Part shown: in pieces, positions 58,585 to 64,000 of the stretch
Position numbering within the stretch: position 1 is the first letter of the stretch
Layout: every line of letters begins with the position of its first letter
From: a virus
Taxonomy: Duplodnaviria > Caudoviricetes
DNA length: 64,000 nt
IMG/VR virus record: IMGVR_UViG_3300033073_000738
Location: 57,015-121,014 of that record
Direction: 5' to 3' (one strand)
Position numbers and translations under genes: made by a program
Notes under the pieces: generated by a model
Database searches by the model: none
Seen by the model: the letters and a program-made list of their open reading frames with translations, nothing else
Told to the model about the DNA's origin: nothing

Positions 58585-58828
58585 CTTGTTTCCATGTTGA
58601 TGGGACATCTACGTCCCAACTGTTGCCGTTCATAGGGTTATCATAGATTCTGATATCATCAGAATAATAGTGTTTTACATAGCCTCCTCGAAGTCTTACC
58701 ACCCAGGTGGTGTTGACGTTTACACCATAGTCGATCATCAAATAAGCTTCTCCTTCACCGTGTGGTGTTAATACAGGAAGAGGGGTGGCAAATTCATGAA
58801 CTGTAGATCTATTTGTACTCATATTCAA
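58568..58828 (-). CDS. Hypothetical protein
   Basis: PLPVLTPHGEGEAYLMIDYG...WVV small beta protein. Confidence 0.6.
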   Translation of the reverse strand: MNMSTNRSTVHEFATPLPVLTPHGEGEAYLMIDYGVNVNTTWVVRLRGGYVKHYYSDDIRIYDNPMNGNSWDVDVPSTWKQDGKTI

Positions 58829-59456
58829 GGATTTTACCTACTAAGTCAGACCGGTGGTTTTCTTTGAGCTTAATCCATTTGATCTCTTGTATCTTTTTAG
58901 AGAGTTCAATAGCATAACTCAAACCGTTGTATTCGTCTTTGATATCTTTCTGCTCGTTGTCCCCATTGACAATTATCTTACCTGTCTTTCCCAATCTCGT
59001 AAGCACGGCTAACATCTGAGCTTTAGTCATATTTTGTGCTTCTTCCACAATAAGAACATCATCTATGGTTTTACCCCTTATGAACTGCACCGGCATGGCT
59101 GTCACTTTCTTATCATTTACCAGCTCTTGCACCCGGGTTTTATCAATACATTTCTGAAGGTTCTCTATAAAAGCTTCCAGATAGGGGTTGAATTTCTCAT
59201 CAAGGTTTCCTGGTAGTAAACCAAGGGATGCTCCCACTTCTATAGTTGCCCTGGTTACAAGTATCTGATCGATCTGTTTCTGAAAGAGAAAATCAAGAGC
59301 AACTTGAGCACTTACAAGAGATTTGCCGCTACCAGCTCTACCCGTAATAATTACAATCTGGTTTTCCCTAATAAGCTTCTTGGCTTCCTTTTGTTCATCA
59401 TTCAATTGTACACCAAACTTTATCTCATTCTTCCTCACTCTATTGGGCTCTTTCAT
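58809..59456 (-). CDS. phoH: PhoH-family ATPase
   Basis: GRAGSGKS Walker A, FIRGKT, IVEEAQN, LTRLG, GDNEQKD, HRS. Confidence 0.92.
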   Translation of the reverse strand: MKEPNRVRKNEIKFGVQLNDEQKEAKKLIRENQIVIITGRAGSGKSLVSAQVALDFLFQKQIDQILVTRATIEVGASLGLLPGNLDEKFNPYLEAFIENLQKCIDKTRVQELVNDKKVTAMPVQFIRGKTIDDVLIVEEAQNMTKAQMLAVLTRLGKTGKIIVNGDNEQKDIKDEYNGLSYAIELSKKIQEIKWIKLKENHRSDLVGKILEYEYK

Positions 59457-60289
59457 TAATAATGTGGTTTGATTTTATCCCTGTTAGCGTCCAACCATTG
59501 TAAGAGAGCCATCACCTCTGCTTTTAAATAGCGTAGCTGATAAGGCACCACTTCTTTAACAATTGGTTCGTTGTTGCTATCCAGGGCCGGTATAGGGTTA
59601 CCCCATTTGTCTTTGCCAACCTCTTCAAACAATATGTGATGTATGATGAGCGTTCCTGGTTCCAATCTGGGATTGTGTTTTAGTATCATGTACATGTACA
59701 GACTAAGCTGTAATGTGTAATGGTTGAGATTACAATCGTCCAAGTGACTCACCGGAGGAAGCATCTTAGTTGTAACCCCTTGCCAGTTTGTAAATCCCTC
59801 GGTCTTTATCTCTTTATTGGTCTTATAGTCTGTTATATGCACCTTACCATTTATCACCTCTACCAGGTCAGACTGACCACATATCCCCATTGACTTCAAA
59901 TACACCATATGCTCTGGGTATACACCCTCTGAAAGCTTCTGGTCAGGGGATATTTTAACCCCCTCTACTTCAACAGGTTTAAAAACTTTCACCGTTGTAC
60001 CCAGGCGTTCTATGTTATCTAATGCACACAGGTCAGATTCACGTTGATTGTGGTACCAGGTACCAAGTGTTGTTGCTCTTAATGCTTCTTGTTTCCAGGC
60101 TGTCTTAATCTCATCTGGCGACAACCCATACCACTTTGATTTCTTATTCTTTGAAGACTTCTCTGCAATTTTATCAGCCTCAAAAGGCTGCTTAAACTGG
60201 GAGATGAACGTAGTGGCTGAAATCCAATCCCTCGTATCTTCTTTATTAATACTTGTGTATTTGTGATCGTGAGCTGTGAACTGTATCAT
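59456..60289 (-). CDS. PD-(D/E)XK superfamily nuclease
   Basis: GTWYH, ICGQSDLV...ITDYKTNK, YTLQLSLY. Confidence 0.85.
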   Translation of the reverse strand: MIQFTAHDHKYTSINKEDTRDWISATTFISQFKQPFEADKIAEKSSKNKKSKWYGLSPDEIKTAWKQEALRATTLGTWYHNQRESDLCALDNIERLGTTVKVFKPVEVEGVKISPDQKLSEGVYPEHMVYLKSMGICGQSDLVEVINGKVHITDYKTNKEIKTEGFTNWQGVTTKMLPPVSHLDDCNLNHYTLQLSLYMYMILKHNPRLEPGTLIIHHILFEEVGKDKWGNPIPALDSNNEPIVKEVVPYQLRYLKAEVMALLQWLDANRDKIKPHY

Positions 60290-60614
60290 ATCCTATAGGG
60301 TTGGTTTTTACAAATGAGATGCTTTCAATGACGTCTTTTGCTGAGTGAAACGTGGCGTAGAAACGTCCAGAATACTTGTCAAACACGATGCACCTCGATT
60401 TCGCAATCTTGTTCTTAGCTGTTACATATTCTTCTACAGATGTGATGCCGTCCTTCTTGAACCATTTTTGTACGTGAAGTTGCTTAACGTTCACTTCCTT
60501 GGCTGAGGGGTAGCTCTCACCATCATCTGTCTTCTGAAATACCAGCTTTTGTTTTGTCACAGAATGAACAATTGACAATTGAATGTTATCCTGTAGGGTT
60601 TGGATCTTGGGCAT
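60246..60614 (-). CDS. Hypothetical protein
   Basis: 122 aa ORF in the operon. Confidence 0.55.
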   Translation of the reverse strand: MPKIQTLQDNIQLSIVHSVTKQKLVFQKTDDGESYPSAKEVNVKQLHVQKWFKKDGITSVEEYVTAKNKIAKSRCIVFDKYSGRFYATFHSAKDVIESISFVKTNPIGYDTVHSSRSQIHKY

Positions 60615-60618
60615 AGAT

Positions 60619-60957
60619 CTAAAGACCTAATTTTTGGTTTATCATATCTTCTTCCTCTTGCGTCACAATAGCTTTCCAATGACCTTTAGGGCAATCTGAG
60701 GAAAGTGACCTTGTCTTTAGGTTAAGAGAACACCCGCAACCACCCAGACGTTTGTCGCAACATGGGGCTGTACCCGGTACTAAACACCCCCCGTCATCTT
60801 CAAATGAAAAGAGCTCTGTTGGACACATTCTACATATGGACATGCGTGACTCAGCTACCTGCTCTATGTCCTCCCGTCTGAATATATTATTCTTGAGCCC
60901 CTCTAGTATCTGGTTTTTGTTCTTCCATATCTGTATTATGTTCTCTTTTAGACTCAT
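60619..60957 (-). CDS. Cys-rich, probably zinc-binding protein
   Basis: RMSICRMCP...CC...CGCSL..K.R...CPKGHW. Confidence 0.65.
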   Translation of the reverse strand: MSLKENIIQIWKNKNQILEGLKNNIFRREDIEQVAESRMSICRMCPTELFSFEDDGGCLVPGTAPCCDKRLGGCGCSLNLKTRSLSSDCPKGHWKAIVTQEEEDMINQKLGL

Positions 60958-61321
60958 ATACTGTCTTTTTATGAAGTCGTATGAATTCCTTTTTGTCTTT
61001 CTCTTTCTCCAACATCTTCTTCATGTTGTTCAGGTTGTACAGATTTTCAGCTGTACGAAACCTGGCGTTTATGAGTTGCAACCCTTTCATGTTGTTGCTT
61101 TCATCTAAAGCTTCTATATTCTTGATACGGTCTTCTATCTTCCAGTGTTTGATAACAAAGTCACCTAGGTGGGGGACGTTTATACGTTGATGTCTTAGTG
61201 TTGATACACTCATTCTTACTTCCTGGTAGAAGTAGGAGATGATGTCATGAACCAATTCTTCAGAAACGTTAAGCGTTGCTGCCACCTCGGGAATAAGTTC
61301 TTTAGCTTTTACCGGCTTCAA
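60887..61321 (-). CDS. HU/IHF-like DNA-binding protein
   Basis: KELIPEVA..LNVS..LV..II...RINVPHLGDF matches the HU/IHF N-terminal pattern. Confidence 0.6.
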   Translation of the reverse strand: MKPVKAKELIPEVAATLNVSEELVHDIISYFYQEVRMSVSTLRHQRINVPHLGDFVIKHWKIEDRIKNIEALDESNNMKGLQLINARFRTAENLYNLNNMKKMLEKEKDKKEFIRLHKKTVYESKREHNTDMEEQKPDTRGAQE

Positions 61322-61673
61322 CAGCTAGGAATTTATAGTTGACCATTATGTTTCCAGAAGCCAGTAGTTTCAAAGAAGGGTTGACATAGATCTTCTTCTT
61401 GTTCTTACCCTCTTTCATAATAAGCTTCTTCTTCTCCACCTTAGAGAGACAGTTGCGTACACTCTGTATAGAAGAGAATATCTTTTGCTCAAAAGCTTTA
61501 TTACAAAATGTGGTGAGTTCTGCCTCACCTTCCATGGCTAAAAGGGTGAGACAGTCAAGATCTGACTCACTTACAGCTATCTTGTACAGATAGCAATGTG
61601 TCATGAGCTGGTATTTGACAATATCCCATAGGGACATTATTGATTTCTTCTCTAATTGGTTTACTACGGCCAT
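61302..61673 (-). CDS. Winged-helix-like DNA-binding protein
   Basis: 123 aa from MAVVNQ; SIQSVRNCLSKVEKKKLIMK...IYVNP pattern. Confidence 0.5.
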   Translation of the reverse strand: MAVVNQLEKKSIMSLWDIVKYQLMTHCYLYKIAVSESDLDCLTLLAMEGEAELTTFCNKAFEQKIFSSIQSVRNCLSKVEKKKLIMKEGKNKKKIYVNPSLKLLASGNIMVNYKFLAVEAGKS

Positions 61674-61674
61674 A

Positions 61675-62106
61675 TTATATTTCCATCTTAAAAAACATGT
61701 ATTCTTCCCCTGTACCAGACCAGTTTTTATAGAGATAGAGGGGAACAGCACCTAGATTTTCAAACACGTGCCAACTGTCTCCTTTACGTGCTTCACCTAC
61801 AAAGAGCTCATAGCTTGAACTTTCACCCCATTCTAGCATGGTGTTTATAAGCTTTGTAGCAAGACCTTTTCTACGATAGTCGGGGTGAATTGTAATAGAC
61901 TCCCCTTGTAGGACATTAGCACTGTCCCAGGATACAATGAGTTCACCTACAAGCTTCTCTTTATCTTTTAACCAAAACCCCTGGCATTTCTTGTTCTCTT
62001 CTAACATCCAGAGTTTATAGGTGTCATCCCATCTGATGTTCTTTGGATGATGCTTTTCAAATTCAAGAGTGGGTGTATAATTCCTCAGCTTGTAATGAAC
62101 GGTCAT
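61675..62106 (-). CDS. GNAT-family acetyltransferase
   Basis: ITIHPDYRRKGLATKL acetyl-CoA-binding motif A; FENLG motif B. Confidence 0.85.
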   Translation of the reverse strand: MTVHYKLRNYTPTLEFEKHHPKNIRWDDTYKLWMLEENKKCQGFWLKDKEKLVGELIVSWDSANVLQGESITIHPDYRRKGLATKLINTMLEWGESSSYELFVGEARKGDSWHVFENLGAVPLYLYKNWSGTGEEYMFFKMEI

Positions 62107-62432
62107 TTTTTCTTCAGTTTCTTACTTTGCTCTGGTTTAGGAATAAGTATCTCTTCACCCACTTCAATACCAGCTTCTTTCATTTCGGGGTTACTATCTA
62201 GATCTTCTTGTGTAACTACGTGGCTTTGCATACCTCCCCCACTATACTCTGTTCCTTTCTCTTTAGGGTTGGTGAGCTGCTCGATAAACATAATAGCTCT
62301 TAGTTCTTCAGCCCTGGCTGTTGCTATATTACTGCTCAGCTCTTGTAACTCAGCCTGGAGCTTCTTCACTTCAATCATCTCTTGCAGAGAGGCTATGATT
62401 TCCTCTCGGGTTGGTAGTTTTTCTTCTGACAT
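62103..62432 (-). CDS. Hypothetical coiled-coil protein
   Basis: 109 aa; HVVTQEDLDSNPE...GIEVGEEI C-terminal motif. Confidence 0.6.
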   Translation of the reverse strand: MSEEKLPTREEIIASLQEMIEVKKLQAELQELSSNIATARAEELRAIMFIEQLTNPKEKGTEYSGGGMQSHVVTQEDLDSNPEMKEAGIEVGEEILIPKPEQSKKLKKK

Positions 62433-62435
62433 TCT

Positions 62436-62738
62436 TTAAAAATTAAGGTCTTCGTTATCTGGTGTAATAGATGTCACATCATCGTGGTAGTTCATAAACT
62501 TCTTCTTGAAATCATCAAACTTGGTGTCGATGATGTAGGCATCTCCATTCTCTGTAAACACTGTTGTACAACCAAACAAATGGTTGTCGTCGTCATCAGA
62601 CGTCAACTTAATAGCAATGACTACATCCATGTGAAAAGCAAATGGCATCCACTTGCCGGGGTCGTCTTCTAAACCCATTAAATCTAGTTTCTCTGGATCC
62701 ATTGTATGGCAATGGAGCTGACAGCTGTGTACATTCAT
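62436..62738 (-). CDS. Hypothetical acidic protein, first gene of the late block
   Basis: 100 aa, directly downstream of a promoter motif. Confidence 0.6.
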   Translation of the reverse strand: MNVHSCQLHCHTMDPEKLDLMGLEDDPGKWMPFAFHMDVVIAIKLTSDDDDNHLFGCTTVFTENGDAYIIDTKFDDFKKKFMNYHDDVTSITPDNEDLNF

Positions 62739-62751
62739 AGGGAAATAGTCT

Positions 62752-62809
62752 TACACTAATAATATACAAAATAAGTTTAAACTCTACAAATTTATCAGTT
62801 ATTTGTAGA
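62752..62809 (-). promoter_or_regulatory. Promoter TTTG-N19-GTATATTATTAGTGTA overlapped by palindrome TCTACAAAT-N9-ATTTGTAGA
   Basis: Motif at 62752-62767, TTTG at 62787-62790, palindrome arms at 62783-62791 and 62801-62809. Confidence 0.65.
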
Positions 62810-63041
62810 CTTCCCTATAGAAGATATAGACATCAGTGTTTACAACTAAGGGTCATAAAACACAAAAACCCAGCCCGTTAGTGTAACAGACTGGGTCATT
62901 TTCTGTGTTAGAGGATGAGGGTGATACCTAGCCAATCAACCCCCCATCGAATCGAACGACGATGGTACCCCCACATGATCTGTATATGACCGAGTAAATA
63001 CACTGATTCTACGAATCCTTTATGAATCTAAACTATTTATT

Positions 63042-63290
63042 ATGTCTAGATTTTTAATTAGCTATGTCTACATGGATTATGACTACGACTACGAACAAGG
63101 ACACATTCTTGTACCAACAATAGGTACAAGAATAATTAATCAAAAGTCAAAAGCTAAGGCTATTGACTTTATGGCGCTTAGAGAAGGTAATTGGATCACC
63201 GATATTAAAGCGCACTTCTTAAGACCAGGTAAGCCTAAGAAGAAAAAGAGAGTAAGAAAATTACCTGAATATCTTGACCTTCCCTTCTAA
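63042..63290 (+). CDS. Hypothetical early-region protein
   Basis: 82 aa followed by a hairpin and T tract. Confidence 0.55.
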   Translation: MSRFLISYVYMDYDYDYEQGHILVPTIGTRIINQKSKAKAIDFMALREGNWITDIKAHFLRPGKPKKKKRVRKLPEYLDLPF

Positions 63291-63341
63291 TAGAGGGGAG
63301 GGTCATACCCTTTTATTTTCCTAACCAATAAATATACAAAC

Positions 63342-63518
63342 ATGAAGTATGTTATCAAGTTCTCAGCACAGACAGTATTATTTGTATTGATTATGTTACT
63401 AGGCTTCTATCCATATTATATATGGAATGCTAAGAAACATGAAGACCATGACATATTAGTCTCTGACTATTGCCGGTGCTTCAGAAGATTCAAGAGTCGG
63501 TTCTTGTTAGACCGCTAA
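63342..63518 (+). CDS. 58-aa single-TM membrane microprotein
   Basis: Read manually: MKYVIKFSAQTVLFVLIMLLGFYPYYIW...; A-rich leader; followed by a GAGAGAGA/TCTCTCTC hairpin. Confidence 0.55.
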   Translation: MKYVIKFSAQTVLFVLIMLLGFYPYYIWNAKKHEDHDILVSDYCRCFRRFKSRFLLDR

Positions 63519-63624
63519 GACACGAGAGAGAGAACATCTCTCTCTTCTTGACCGAGTATTCCACCTGCTTTCGCAAACGCCTTTATAATATTAGAGAGTG
63601 ACAAAACACTCTCGCTCCCTAACT

Positions 63625-63873
63625 ATGAACAACAATGTTCAAAAAATAAAAAACTTTCTTCAGGTTGAACCTGAGGGAGGTTTCGACCTGACTCCAGACT
63701 CTATAGGGGATGGAGCATGGGAATTGTGCATAGTAATGCATAAAATCCCATGTGGTATAGTTGATTCCATTACTCTCACAGGGAGTAATGGAACTCATAG
63801 TCCCGCTGACGACCTATGGGGTCAGTGGGACAACATCTACTTCCAGGCAACTGGTCGTAGATGGTTTAATTAA
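63625..63873 (+). CDS. Hypothetical early-region protein
   Basis: 82 aa from ATG 63625, followed by a terminator. Confidence 0.55.
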   Translation: MNNNVQKIKNFLQVEPEGGFDLTPDSIGDGAWELCIVMHKIPCGIVDSITLTGSNGTHSPADDLWGQWDNIYFQATGRRWFN

Positions 63874-63903
63874 AAGAGCTGGCTGATTAAGTCAGCTCTT
63901 TTT
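63874..63903 (+). terminator. Intrinsic terminator
   Basis: AAGAGCTGGCT/AGTCAGCTCTT stem plus T run. Confidence 0.75.
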
Positions 63904-64000
63904 ATCCTTTATTATATTAGATTGAGAGTGGTGTATCCGTTGCTTTAGGCATTGAAAGGAACACTCTCAACCCAAGGGTTCGCAACCCTAAACAATGCAA

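Noticed and set aside
1-64000. Stop-codon reassignment, as in some crAss-like phages
   Set aside because: Long genes are intact in code 11, and TAG (portal, Dps-like, PhoH) and TGA (IHF-like, gene 75) act as real stops. No suppressor tRNA seen.
62860-64000. CRISPR or mini-CRISPR array
   Set aside because: The repeats are short, degenerate, irregularly spaced and separated by ORFs.

Overview
The window is a ~64 kb piece of a crAss-like (Crassvirales-type) podophage genome. The host is probably Bacteroidota: genes lack Shine-Dalgarno motifs and several promoters resemble TTTG...TAnnTTTG. Bases 1-62,740 form one minus-strand late/structural transcription block. In reading order it holds small accessory genes (GNAT, HU/IHF-like, PD-(D/E)XK nuclease, PhoH, TerS-like, thermonuclease), TerL, portal, scaffold-like gene 77, major capsid protein, genes 75/74/73, a large mosaic fibre block, a metallophosphoesterase, IHF-like, two ring proteins and the tail muzzle. 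It ends in three large ejection proteins and a giant ORF that runs off the left edge. After ~62,900 transcription switches to small plus-strand, early-like genes. The genetic code is standard. The best candidates for undescribed biology are: (1) an island before TerL with an Acb2/Tad1-like sponge fused to a Cys-rich domain, two unannotated microproteins and a 158-nt tRNA-like RNA (GUC anticodon, class II body, 89-nt structured variable arm); (2) a D-armless mini-tRNA-like RNA plus a second structured RNA just after the MCP gene; (3) tandem cassettes in the giant ejected protein, bounded by repeated (D/E)IE(R/K)RR...DA(E/K)LA..DGKQ motifs, one carrying a HopA1/phosphothreonine-lyase-like domain; (4) a repeated late-promoter motif with an overlapping palindromic operator. 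All family assignments come from motif recognition and gene order, not database searches.
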